DNA of 32,000 nucleotides from Erysipelotrichaceae bacterium (lineage in GTDB: Bacteria; Bacillota_I; Bacilli_A; Erysipelotrichales; Erysipelotrichaceae): contig OY781039.1 of the NCBI GenBank assembly GCA_963676105.1, positions 750,001-782,000 of the forward strand, read 5' to 3'. The notes under the pieces are model-generated. The model did no database searches. It was not told the origin of the DNA and saw only the letters and a program-made list of their open reading frames with translations. Below are positions 1 through 9,548 of the stretch, piece by piece (the first letter of the stretch is position 1; every line of letters begins with the position of its first letter). The position numbers were made by a program, and so were the translations under genes.

Positions 1-1643
1 CGTAGTGCCGCTTTTCGCTTTGGTCCTAAACCAATCACATCATCTAAAATTGAAGCTACCTGGCCTTTAGATCGACGTTTCTTGTGATGTGTAATGACAA
101 AACGATGAACTTCATCTTGCATACGTGTCAGTAGGAAATATAATTGAGGTTCATCACTCACTTCAATACGATTACCTGATGGATCCATTAAAGCCGACGT
201 ATTATGTTTACTGTCTTTAACTAAACCAAAAACAGGTAAAGATACATGTAAACTTTCTAAGCTTTTTAGCGCAGCTTGAATTTGCGTATAACCGCCATCA
301 ACCAGTAAACAATCAGGTAAATCTTGTTGTTCTTTGATTTTTCGTAAATAACGTCGATAAATCGCTTCTTCCATATTGGCGACATCGTTTGCACCATTCG
401 ATACATTGTATAAGCGATAATCTTTTTTAGAAGGACTTCCATCTTTAAAGACAACCACCGCACTTGAGGCATACGCCCCTTGGATATGTGAGTTATCGAT
501 CAGTTCAATGGTCTCAACGGATTCTAGATGTAATTTATTTCTTAATGAACTTAAGGCTTCTTCTTGAGCTGATTCTTTAAGTTTAAAGATCTCAGCTTTT
601 TGTTCAAGCTGTTTTAAAGCATTGGTTTGTGCCAGTTCAATCAGTTTTCTTTGATTGCCACGTTGAGGTTGATGAATCTTAAGTTCTAAGTGTTCTTCTA
701 ATAAGGAGACATCAATTCCATATGGTAATAAGAGTTCATCAGGTAAATCATTTTGACTATAGAGCTGTGCTAGAAAACTAATGAAACTCTCATCTGCATC
801 ATCCACAAGTATTTGTAGCGCAAAAGATCGATCTAATATTTTTCCTGCACGTATCATTAAACCTTGTATCGCAATGACTCCATTTTTTTCAGCATAGGCA
901 AAAACATCACGATTATGTTTGGATTCTGAAGCCACCGCTTGTTTATCTAAAATATAATCTAAAGCTTTTAAATCATCACGATATTCAGCAGCTCTTTCAA
1001 AATTTAAAGATTCAGTTGCCTCATTCATCTTTTTCGTTAAACGAAGTCTTAAGTCTTTATCGTCCCCTTTTAAAACACGGGTTATTTCATCAACCATTGA
1101 TTGATAGTCTTCTTCTTTGACGTCAAACTCACACGGACCTAAACATTGACCTAAATGATAATACAAACAAACTTTTTTAGGCAGTGTTTCACATTTTCTT
1201 AAAGGATAGAGATGATTCATCAATTTTCGCATCGTATGAGCGGCTGAGGCATCAGGATAAGGCCCAAAGTATAAAGACTTCTTATCTCGTTTTTTATCTC
1301 TGACGACCTTTAAACGGGCATATTTCTCATGTGTAAGTTTTAGATATGGATAAGACTTATCATCCATAAACATAATATTGAAACGTGGACGATATTTCTT
1401 GATTAAATTAATTTCTAAAATTAAAGCTTCCTTCTCAGTGTGCGTCAAAATGTAATCGAAATCGACAATCTGAGAAACAAGCTTTGTTGTTTTATAATTA
1501 TGAGCACCACTAAAATATGAACTCACACGATTCTTAAGTTTCTTGGCCTTACCTACATAGATAATCTTACCTTGCTTATTCTTCATCAAATAACAACCAG
1601 GCTCTAAAGGTAAAGTTTGTAGTTTAAGCTTTAAGTCAGTCAT
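1..1643 (-). CDS. uvrC: Excinuclease ABC subunit C (UvrC), C-terminus cut by window edge
   Basis: Open frame runs off the 5' edge, so it is absent from the ORF track. My translation from ATG 1643..1641 gives MTDLKLKLQTLPLEPGCYLMKNKQGKIIYVGKAKKLKNR (GIY-YIG N-terminus). Near the edge it reads ..VASILDDVIGLGPKRKAAL (HhH region). The start overlaps the mutS2 stop as ATGA. Confidence 0.9.
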   Translation of the reverse strand, partial: MTDLKLKLQTLPLEPGCYLMKNKQGKIIYVGKAKKLKNRVSSYFSGAHNYKTTKLVSQIVDFDYILTHTEKEALILEINLIKKYRPRFNIMFMDDKSYPYLKLTHEKYARLKVVRDKKRDKKSLYFGPYPDASAAHTMRKLMNHLYPLRKCETLPKKVCLYYHLGQCLGPCEFDVKEEDYQSMVDEITRVLKGDDKDLRLRLTKKMNEATESLNFERAAEYRDDLKALDYILDKQAVASESKHNRDVFAYAEKNGVIAIQGLMIRAGKILDRSFALQILVDDADESFISFLAQLYSQNDLPDELLLPYGIDVSLLEEHLELKIHQPQRGNQRKLIELAQTNALKQLEQKAEIFKLKESAQEEALSSLRNKLHLESVETIELIDNSHIQGAYASSAVVVFKDGSPSKKDYRLYNVSNGANDVANMEEAIYRRYLRKIKEQQDLPDCLLVDGGYTQIQAALKSLESLHVSLPVFGLVKDSKHNTSALMDPSGNRIEVSDEPQLYFLLTRMQDEVHRFVITHHKKRRSKGQVASILDDVIGLGPKRKAAL

Positions 1644-3937
1644 TTTGTGTGACCTTTAAAATAAACGACGGTTGCGCCATGACCACCCTCACCTTGATCA
1701 CCTAAGCGATAGGATTCCACAAAGGATGCTTTATTTAAAAAATTATGAACGGCTGATCTTAATGTCCCTGTCCCATGGCCATGAATGATTCGACAAAATG
1801 GATACTTGGCTAAGATACAATCATCTAAGTATTGATCAATTAAAGGGAGTGCTTCATCAACGCGTAAACCAATACAATTAATCTCATGAGGAACCGAGGC
1901 AATCGGAGCTGTTTTAACGGTGAATTTCTTTTTCTTAATGGGTGCACTAGCGGCTTGAAGATCTTCTAGTTTGACTTCCATTCGTATACCATTGATGGAC
2001 ACATAAATACGCTTTTTAGCTTCAACCACTTGCCCTATTTGATTGGATATTCTAAGTTTGACCCATTGACCGACTTTCACACTCTCTAAGTGATCTTCTT
2101 CAGACTGAGGTGAAATGGATTGAATTTGTTCTAAACTAGATTTTGCAGATTGTAAGTTTTGTTTATGTTCTTTCTTTAAATCATCAATGATATTTAAAAC
2201 TTCATCTTCTTTATCAGAAATAAAATCTTTCAGTTCATCTTGCGCTTTTAGATAAAGCTCATCTTTATAGTTGATATATACATCTTTTGCCTTTTCAACC
2301 TGTTCTTTGTCACTGAGCAGTTTTTCTTCTAAAGCTTTAAGCTCTTCTTCTTTTTGATAAAGCGTGGCCATTTGATGTTCCACTTTTTCAAGTTGTTTTT
2401 CAGCTAAAGATTTCGCATTTTCACGATTCTCTATCGCTTGATTTAAAATGTTTTCATTTAAGCCAAAGCGCTTCGCGATTTCAAAGGCAAAGGATTGACC
2501 AGGTAAATGTTCAACATACTTGTAATTTGGTTGCATTTTTTCCATATCAAATTGAACGGAGGCGATTAAAACATCGTCTCTTTGCATCGCATATTGTTTA
2601 AGACGCGTATAGTGAGTTGTCGCCACGGTAGATACAGACTTATTACGAAGGTGATCTAATATCGCTATCGCTAAACTTTCACCTTCAACTGGATCAGTTC
2701 CACCCCCTAATTCATCCAATAAGACAAATGAATTAGCTGTTGCCTTATCCGTTACTTCAATCAGTTTTGTTAAGTGTGATGAAAAAGTTGATAAGGATTG
2801 TTGAATCGATTGATCATCGCCAATATCGACAAAGATTTCATCAAACAAAGGAATAATCGCTTCATCGACCCATAGTGGTATGCCACTATAAGCCATTAAA
2901 CAGCTTAAACCGATCACTTTTAAACTAACCGTTTTACCACCCGTATTAGGACCTGTGATTAAAATCATGGAGTGATCTTTATCTAATCGATAGGTATTAG
3001 AGATAACTTCTTTAGGGTCAATTAAAGGATGTCGAGCATCTTTTAAATAAAGGACTTTTTCTTCATTAACACTTGCACAAATACCACCGTTTTTATTCCC
3101 ATAAATCGCTCGCGCAAAATGAGAATCCAAGAGTGCCATTGTATCTAAACTTGAGCTATAAATACTGACATAGGGTTTGATTGCTTGAGACAACTCAAAA
3201 CAAATCTTTTCAATTTCTTGTGTTTCATGATACATCAACTCAGATATTTCATTATTGAGTTGAATAAAAAGAGGTGGTTCAACATAAGCGCTTAAACCTG
3301 AGGCACTTTCACCATGGATAATGCCGCCTAGTGTATTTTTATCACTATTCTTGGCAAGTACTACCACTCGATCATTTCGAATCGTGGAAATACTCTCTGT
3401 TAACTTAGAGGCATTAGAACTAATAAAGTTTTGAATCTTAGCTGTACGCTCACTATTTTTCTTACGTAGTTTTTGACGAATCGCATAAAGTTCTTTTGAG
3501 GCATTGTCTAACATTTCATTAGATGGCGAAAAACAACGTTCTATTTTTTTTGCTAAATCTAAATTGACATCTAAGGCCGAGATTAAATCCTCTAAATCAC
3601 TTAAATCAAGCTCAGCACTTTTAAAGTAAGTTTGCACTCCCATAACTGAATGAGTAAATCTCGCAACATTAATGAGTTCTTCAAAATCTAACGTTTGATC
3701 TTTACTTGCCTTAACTAAACTTTCAGAAATATTTGTCATGCCCGGCATAGGTAAAGGACCATACAATCGCTCACATTCCATGGCTAACTGTGTGCGTTTA
3801 TTTTCGCGTTGAATCCATAAGAGTGAGTTCGATGGTTTTAATGCATGTATGTGTTCTCTACCTAGAGAAAAAGTCGCATTTTTTGCGATTTCATCTAGGA
3901 TTAAATCATATTGTAAAGTTTCGATTGGATCTTTCAT
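1640..3937 (-). CDS. mutS2: Endonuclease MutS2 (MutS ATPase plus C-terminal Smr domain)
   Basis: 765 aa. Walker A GPNTGGKT and MutS signature LLDELGGGTDP. C-terminal Smr-like LRVDEALPLIDQYLDD...IIHGHGTGTLRSAV. Confidence 0.93.
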   Translation of the reverse strand: MKDPIETLQYDLILDEIAKNATFSLGREHIHALKPSNSLLWIQRENKRTQLAMECERLYGPLPMPGMTNISESLVKASKDQTLDFEELINVARFTHSVMGVQTYFKSAELDLSDLEDLISALDVNLDLAKKIERCFSPSNEMLDNASKELYAIRQKLRKKNSERTAKIQNFISSNASKLTESISTIRNDRVVVLAKNSDKNTLGGIIHGESASGLSAYVEPPLFIQLNNEISELMYHETQEIEKICFELSQAIKPYVSIYSSSLDTMALLDSHFARAIYGNKNGGICASVNEEKVLYLKDARHPLIDPKEVISNTYRLDKDHSMILITGPNTGGKTVSLKVIGLSCLMAYSGIPLWVDEAIIPLFDEIFVDIGDDQSIQQSLSTFSSHLTKLIEVTDKATANSFVLLDELGGGTDPVEGESLAIAILDHLRNKSVSTVATTHYTRLKQYAMQRDDVLIASVQFDMEKMQPNYKYVEHLPGQSFAFEIAKRFGLNENILNQAIENRENAKSLAEKQLEKVEHQMATLYQKEEELKALEEKLLSDKEQVEKAKDVYINYKDELYLKAQDELKDFISDKEDEVLNIIDDLKKEHKQNLQSAKSSLEQIQSISPQSEEDHLESVKVGQWVKLRISNQIGQVVEAKKRIYVSINGIRMEVKLEDLQAASAPIKKKKFTVKTAPIASVPHEINCIGLRVDEALPLIDQYLDDCILAKYPFCRIIHGHGTGTLRSAVHNFLNKASFVESYRLGDQGEGGHGATVVYFKGHTK

Positions 3938-4002
3938 AACTGTCTATTGATTAGTTTACTTTAAAAGCGATTGATTTGACAATGATGTGATAAACTTTAG
4001 AC

Positions 4003-4851
4003 ATGAATCTAACTAAAACATTGACTTTAACGTCTGATCAAATTGCTGATTTAAAGAGACAATATAAACACGCACAAGTACCAAATACAAATCAATATAT
4101 TGACGCCCAATTTAAAGTCGATGATTGTACAATCACCATCTACACATCAAAAAAAGTTGTCTTTCAAGGACTAGAGGCAGAAAGTATTTCCTCACACTAT
4201 CAAGCTAAACTACGCCCACAAGCAGGGAGTGATGAAGTGGGTACGGGTGATTACTTTGGTCCAGTGGTTGTGGTTGCCTGTGCCATTACTGATGAAATCA
4301 TTGATCAAATTAAGCATCTTCCTTTACTCGATTCAAAAGTCTTAAAAGATGATGAGATAAGAAAAATTGCGAAAGAGGCTAAAGACATCGTACCCCATAG
4401 TGTGCTCGTCTTAGATAATCTTAAATATAATCAAATTCACGAAAAATATAATCTAAATGCGATAAAAGCATTGCTTCATAATCAAGCCTATAATCATCTT
4501 TCAAAAAAAGTAAAGATGCCAAACTTGGCAGTCATTGATCAATTCACTCCAGAAGCTTCCTATTATCGTTATTTAAAATCTGAAAAAATGATTTATACTA
4601 AACTTCATTTTGAAACAAAAGCCGAAAGTAAATACCCTGCGGTTGCGCTAGCTTCTATTTTAGCTAGAGCAAAATTTTTAGATGTCATGGATCAAATGAG
4701 TGAGCACTATGATTTCGATTTCCCTTTAGGTTCAGGAGCCCACGTTGATGAAGCTGGGATTGAATTTGTTAAACAACACTCCAAAGAAAAACTTAAAGAA
4801 GTGTCAAAATTACACTTCAAAAATACTGATCGCATTATAAAAGCCAAGTGA
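4003..4851 (+). CDS. rnhC: Ribonuclease HIII
   Basis: 282 aa. Catalytic core GSDEVGTGDYFGPVVV, with YPAVALASILAR and a typical RNase HIII N-terminal extension. No Shine-Dalgarno sequence is visible upstream. Confidence 0.88.
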   Translation: MNLTKTLTLTSDQIADLKRQYKHAQVPNTNQYIDAQFKVDDCTITIYTSKKVVFQGLEAESISSHYQAKLRPQAGSDEVGTGDYFGPVVVVACAITDEIIDQIKHLPLLDSKVLKDDEIRKIAKEAKDIVPHSVLVLDNLKYNQIHEKYNLNAIKALLHNQAYNHLSKKVKMPNLAVIDQFTPEASYYRYLKSEKMIYTKLHFETKAESKYPAVALASILARAKFLDVMDQMSEHYDFDFPLGSGAHVDEAGIEFVKQHSKEKLKEVSKLHFKNTDRIIKAK

Positions 4852-4864
4852 TTTACTTGGCTTT
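4840..4864. terminator. Perfect 10-bp inverted repeat spanning both stop codons of the convergent rnhC and dCMP-deaminase genes (candidate bidirectional hairpin)
   Basis: aaagccaagt (4840-4849), loop gattt, acttggcttt (4855-4864). The flanks are only moderately T-rich, so terminator function is uncertain. Confidence 0.4.
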
Positions 4865-5335
4865 CGACTTTATGCTTATTTCAACCTTTTCATTGGTTTG
4901 ACTTAGTTTTATGCCTGCATCCTTACACATTCTTTTGGATGCTTTAGTGCTATCTGTATCAGCGTACTTATCAGATTCATAAATAATTTCTTTAATGCCA
5001 GATTGAATAATAGCTTTTGCGCATTCATGACATGGAAACAAGGATACATATATTGAACAATCTTTAACAGATCTTGGTGCATTTAAAATCGCATTGAGTT
5101 CCGCATGAACAACATATGGATATTTAGTTTCAAGCGTATCCCCTTCTCTTTCCCAAGGATATTCATCATCTGAAATACCACGTGGAAAGCCATTATAGCC
5201 AATAGATACCACCTTGTGTTCATCATCAACGATTACTGCCCCTACTTGAGTACTTGGATCTTTAGAGCGCAAAGCTGATAAATGGGCAATCCCCATAAAA
5301 TACTCTGTCCAAGATATGACCTGTTTTCGCTTCAT
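4853..5335 (-). CDS. comEB: dCMP (deoxycytidylate) deaminase, ComEB family
   Basis: 160 aa. Zinc-deaminase motifs VHAELNAI and PCHECAKAI. The start shares 1 nt with the upstream stop (TAATG). Confidence 0.88.
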   Translation of the reverse strand: MKRKQVISWTEYFMGIAHLSALRSKDPSTQVGAVIVDDEHKVVSIGYNGFPRGISDDEYPWEREGDTLETKYPYVVHAELNAILNAPRSVKDCSIYVSLFPCHECAKAIIQSGIKEIIYESDKYADTDSTKASKRMCKDAGIKLSQTNEKVEISIKSKAK

Positions 5336-6564
5336 TATTGAGACACCTCCACATAATAAGACATTAAAGATTTTTCTAAATCATTGGCATACCAAGATAG
5401 ATTTATGTCTCTTGCGATTTCAACAACTTCTGCATCATTTTTCCCATAAATTGGTGTCGCATCAGTGTTTTGAAAGGACAATACGCCTAAGGCAACAAAA
5501 GCCAAGGCTAAGGCAATCAGAGAATGTTGTTTAAGATGGGCCAGTTTAGACGATTTAGAAAAGCCTAGACCTAAAAGTAGACCTGCCACTAAACCACCAA
5601 GATGTCCAATCACAGATACTTGAGGGACAAAGTTAATAAAAATATTAATCATGACCATTCGCCAAATTTGTGCTTGTATTTGCGGTTGTTTGATTAAGCC
5701 TGTTTCATAGAGATAAACAAATAAAACACCCAATATTGCATAGAGACCAGCACTAATCCCAACCAGTAATATATTGCCTTGGGCAACATAAACAAAGAGT
5801 GCCCCCATCACAATGCCTGTAGCCAATGTGATTAAAAACTTCTGATAACCATAGATACGTTCCATGAAATTCCCTAAGTTAATTAAGGCATAGACATTCA
5901 TCAATAAATGAAAGATATCGGTATGGATTAAACCATAGGTCAAGAATCTAAAGATTTCAAAATGAGCCGAAATAAAGATTTTATAATAGGCACCAAAGAA
6001 AATAGCGGTTGAAAAAATATCCGTTTCAAATAATAACGAATAGCCATTTATGAGTAAACTAATCATGACTAAAACAATGCTGGTATAAAAAGTTCCCTTA
6101 GGGAGCGCTTTAAAAAACTCTAAAATGTTTTGCGGTTTTTGAGTTTGTTTACGACGCTCTAGTACAGCGGTTGCCTTATCATAGGATTTATCATCCATCT
6201 CTTGAAAGATTTGAGAACATTTTGGAAAGGCTTGGATAAATTCATCAGGGATTTTAAAGGCAGAAACCTGCATCATTGACCCTGTTTCTTCTTCAATAAA
6301 ACCACTCGCGTCCAAGGTGAATTCAACTTGAAGAAAAGATAGTTTTTGATGAAAGACTGATTTAATCGCATCTAAAATTTGATTTGTATGATCAGTACTG
6401 AGTTTTGGTGAATCCGCAAGATACAAGCGAACTAAGTTATAGTTCTTTAGATTTTGATGTGATAACCAAATTTCGTTTTTTAAATGTTGGACATCAACTC
6501 TTTGATAGCCATATTCATTCATTAAAATTGAAGCACAAAGACGTAAAGACTGATTTAATTTCAT
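5335..6564 (-). CDS. Rhomboid-family intramembrane serine protease with ~150-aa N-terminal cytoplasmic domain
   Basis: 409 aa, multi-TM C-terminal half. It carries [12 protein letters not shown], a GxSxG-like [12 protein letters not shown], and the His helix [14 protein letters not shown]. Confidence 0.82.
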   Translation of the reverse strand: MKLNQSLRLCASILMNEYGYQRVDVQHLKNEIWLSHQNLKNYNLVRLYLADSPKLSTDHTNQILDAIKSVFHQKLSFLQVEFTLDASGFIEEETGSMMQVSAFKIPDEFIQAFPKCSQIFQEMDDKSYDKATAVLERRKQTQKPQNILEFFKALPKGTFYTSIVLVMISLLINGYSLLFETDIFSTAIFFGAYYKIFISAHFEIFRFLTYGLIHTDIFHLLMNVYALINLGNFMERIYGYQKFLITLATGIVMGALFVYVAQGNILLVGISAGLYAILGVLFVYLYETGLIKQPQIQAQIWRMVMINIFINFVPQVSVIGHLGGLVAGLLLGLGFSKSSKLAHLKQHSLIALALAFVALGVLSFQNTDATPIYGKNDAEVVEIARDINLSWYANDLEKSLMSYYVEVSQ

Positions 6565-7481
6565 TGTTTAGCCTCTTGTCTAAGTTTTTCAATAGTTTCA
6601 GTAAAAATAGCTGGTGCTTCAGCTTCAAATTGCATGGTTTTTTTCGTAATCGGATGTACAAATTCAATTTGTCGCGCATGCAACATTTGACCTTCAGTAT
6701 CCAAGGTATTTTGTTTGGTGTATTTATCATCACCCACTAGTGGATGACCAATATAGTTAAAATGAACACGAATTTGATGTGTTCGTCCTGTCTCTAATTG
6801 ACATTCAACTAAGGTGGTATCTTTAAAACGCTCGATTACTTTAAAATGCGTTAAAGCTTCTTTCGCATTAATTGGTGTAACGGTCATTTTCTGACGATCT
6901 TTTGGATCACGACCAATCGGTGCTTCAATTTTACCGGCATTATGAGTAATAACACCATGAACTAAAGCTAAGTAAGTCCGATTTAAACTATGGTCTTGAA
7001 GTTGATCTGATAAACCTTGGTGGGTTTTATCATTCTTCGCAACCACTAAGCAACCACTGGTATCTTTATCTATGCGATGGACAATACCTGGTCTAAGAAC
7101 CCCATTGATACCTGATAAATCAGTACAATGAGCCATTAAGCCATTGACCAAAGTATGATTGGGATTACCAGCACCTGGATGGACCACTAAACCTTTTGGT
7201 TTATTAATGACGAGTAAATCATGATCTTCATACAGGATATCTAAATCCATTTCTTCAGCTTCAACTTCAAGTTCAACTGGTGCTTCTAAATCAACAGTAA
7301 TCCAATCACCTGATTTAACTTTGGTATTCGCCTTAACTTCATTATCATTGAGTAGTATTTCACCATTCACAATCGCTTTTTGTAGATGTGAGCGTGAAAA
7401 ATCCGGTAAAAGTTCACAAATAACCTTATCGAGTCGTTGTAGATGATGATGTGCTTCAACTAAGAATTCTTTTTCGCTCAT
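6561..7481 (-). CDS. rluD: RluA/RluD-family 23S rRNA pseudouridine synthase
   Basis: 306 aa. N-terminal S4-like domain, catalytic HRIDKDTSGCLVVAK, and GRTHQIRVH. Confidence 0.9.
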   Translation of the reverse strand: MSEKEFLVEAHHHLQRLDKVICELLPDFSRSHLQKAIVNGEILLNDNEVKANTKVKSGDWITVDLEAPVELEVEAEEMDLDILYEDHDLLVINKPKGLVVHPGAGNPNHTLVNGLMAHCTDLSGINGVLRPGIVHRIDKDTSGCLVVAKNDKTHQGLSDQLQDHSLNRTYLALVHGVITHNAGKIEAPIGRDPKDRQKMTVTPINAKEALTHFKVIERFKDTTLVECQLETGRTHQIRVHFNYIGHPLVGDDKYTKQNTLDTEGQMLHARQIEFVHPITKKTMQFEAEAPAIFTETIEKLRQEAKQ

Positions 7482-7948
7482 TTTTTACCTTCCAAAATCG
7501 TTTCTAATATTAATAAACCTACCCCTACATTTAAGACAATGTCTGCCACATTAAAGACAGGAAACATATACCCAAAAATATTAAAGGATAGAAAATCTCT
7601 AACATAGCCAAATTGTATGCGATCTATAAAGTTACCTAAAGTTCCTGCCATTAAGAAGATGAGGGAGAATCTAAAGAGTTTTTGTTCATCTTTAGAAGTG
7701 AAATAGAAATAACACATCCCCGCAAAGGCTGCTGGAGGAATAATCATAAATAAACCATCCATGCCTGAAAACATTGACCAAGCACCGCCTGTATTTCTTA
7801 ATATGTGAATCCAAAAGAAGTTTTCAATCACTTCAAATGATTCACGATAGTCTAAGAAGGAAGTACTCCAAAATTTGCTGACTTGATCGAAAGCCAATAA
7901 GCCTAAGAGTAGACTTAGATGTAAACCATATTTTTTAATCAAGTTCAT
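7478..7948 (-). CDS. lspA: Lipoprotein signal peptidase II
   Basis: 156 aa, 4 TM. Motifs DQVSK, NTGGAWS, GNFIDRIQFGYVRDF, FNVADI. Confidence 0.9.
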   Translation of the reverse strand: MNLIKKYGLHLSLLLGLLAFDQVSKFWSTSFLDYRESFEVIENFFWIHILRNTGGAWSMFSGMDGLFMIIPPAAFAGMCYFYFTSKDEQKLFRFSLIFLMAGTLGNFIDRIQFGYVRDFLSFNIFGYMFPVFNVADIVLNVGVGLLILETILEGKK

Positions 7949-9042
7949 TAACGATTAGTCGCTCTTAAATCTTCTAAGACTTTATCATCAAGTCTTCTAC
8001 AAAACTCAGTAATCAAAGTAACGGTATCCACATAATCTTTACGATGAATAATCGCACGATGTGAATGAATATAACGTGATGGGATAGAAATAGTAAGCGT
8101 CACAACCCCATCATGCGCTTTATGAATTTCACCTGAATCTGTTCCACCTGCCAACAACATGTCATGTTGAACATCTAACTTAAGTTCTTCAGCTAAATCT
8201 TCTAGATAATAAAGTAAACCTCTATGTCCTAAAACAGAGGAATCTTTAACACTTAAAGTAATTCCTTTACCCATTGGTGAGCCCATATCAGCACCTGGAA
8301 TATCATTGGCTAAAGTGACATCGATCGCTAAAGCAACATCTGGATTAATTTTAAAAGCCGCTGTTTTTGCGCCTCTTAACCCGACTTCTTCTTGGGCAGA
8401 GCCTACACCATAGAGTTCACAGTTAAGGCTTTCATCTTTTAAGTTTTTAAAGACATCGGTAATAATAAGGGCACCTACACGATTATCCCAAGCTTTTGCC
8501 ATAAGATAATTTGGATTAGCCATCACAGTAAAGTCTGATTTAGGAACCACCATATCACCTGGTTTAATTCCTAAACTTAAGGCTTCTTCTTTGTTTAATA
8601 CACCGATATCAACAAACATGTCCTTAACATCAATGACTTTATTTCTCACATCTGCAGGTAAACCATGGGGAGGTTTCGATCCCACGATACCGGTAAACTT
8701 ATCACCTTTGCGCGTTGTGATAATCACCGGTTGAGACAAAAGGACATGTCCCCACCAACCACCAATTGGCGCAAGTTTAATAAAGCCTTTATCATCAATA
8801 CTACGTACGACAAAACCAATTTCATCGATGTGTCCTGACAACATCAACTTTGGACCCTTGCCTTTTTTAGTCGCAATTAATGATCCTAATTGATCATAGC
8901 TTATTTCATCTGCATAAGGCTCGATATATGATTTCATCACTCTAGACGCTTCTTTTTCACAGCCTGAAATACCATGAGCTGAGGTAAACGCCTCCATCAT
9001 TTCTAAATCTACAACACCATATGCTTTTTCAATTTTACTCAT
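7948..9042 (-). CDS. M42-family metallo-aminopeptidase (glutamyl aminopeptidase / YsdC-like)
   Basis: 364 aa. SGHIDEIGF, AWDNRVG, AQEEVGLRGA and C-terminal IPSRYIHS are typical of M42. Confidence 0.85.
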   Translation of the reverse strand: MSKIEKAYGVVDLEMMEAFTSAHGISGCEKEASRVMKSYIEPYADEISYDQLGSLIATKKGKGPKLMLSGHIDEIGFVVRSIDDKGFIKLAPIGGWWGHVLLSQPVIITTRKGDKFTGIVGSKPPHGLPADVRNKVIDVKDMFVDIGVLNKEEALSLGIKPGDMVVPKSDFTVMANPNYLMAKAWDNRVGALIITDVFKNLKDESLNCELYGVGSAQEEVGLRGAKTAAFKINPDVALAIDVTLANDIPGADMGSPMGKGITLSVKDSSVLGHRGLLYYLEDLAEELKLDVQHDMLLAGGTDSGEIHKAHDGVVTLTISIPSRYIHSHRAIIHRKDYVDTVTLITEFCRRLDDKVLEDLRATNR

Positions 9043-9056
9043 AAAACCACTCCTTC

Positions 9057-9548
9057 TTAATACGATTCATCTTGTCGTTTATGATTTTTTTCATTCTTAA
9101 AAAAGTAAGCATCGACAATATCACGTGAACTAAAGCCTAAGGCAATGCCCACTTGACCAAAACGTTCGAATGCTCGCTCTAAATTGTAGTCATTAAAGTT
9201 CTCACTGAGTTCAATGACAGCCTTATAAAAGGCTAAAAATAACTCACTGACACTGAGCTTTGATTTTGTGACAGATAACATTAATTGCTCATAGCCTAAA
9301 TCTAAAGAAAGTGAGAGTAAGAAATGCAAAGAATCAACATATTCTTCAATTAAGACATCCTTTTCAGATGCCCCTTTTAAGCTCCAATATTTAAAACTTC
9401 TTGTTTCATTGGCTAACTCAGCAATTTCAACCAAAAGTGCCAACACACGTTTGCGTTGGGTACTTTCCCGAGTTTGAGAATGCATCTGCATAATGCGCTC
9501 ATCTAACTCAGCTTGTTTAACTAAACAGTTGGTTAAATTGATGTTCAT
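9057..9548 (-). CDS. Dimeric (all-alpha, dUTPase_2-type) dUTP diphosphatase-like protein
   Basis: 163 aa. LALLVEIAELANETRSFKYWS and EEYVDSLHFLLSL resemble the dimeric dUTPase family found in Firmicutes and phages. Assigned from motif memory only. Confidence 0.6.
   Translation of the reverse strand: MNINLTNCLVKQAELDERIMQMHSQTRESTQRKRVLALLVEIAELANETRSFKYWSLKGASEKDVLIEEYVDSLHFLLSLSLDLGYEQLMLSVTKSKLSVSELFLAFYKAVIELSENFNDYNLERAFERFGQVGIALGFSSRDIVDAYFFKNEKNHKRQDESY

Noticed and set aside
3976-3982. Back-to-back TTGACA (+) and TTGTCA (-) hexamers in the mutS2/rnhC divergent region as a shared bidirectional promoter core.
   Set aside because: On the plus strand no acceptable -10 lies 16-18 nt downstream of TTGACA. 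The minus-strand TTGTCA, 18-nt spacer, TAAACT combination is plausible but weak. I could not support a confident call.
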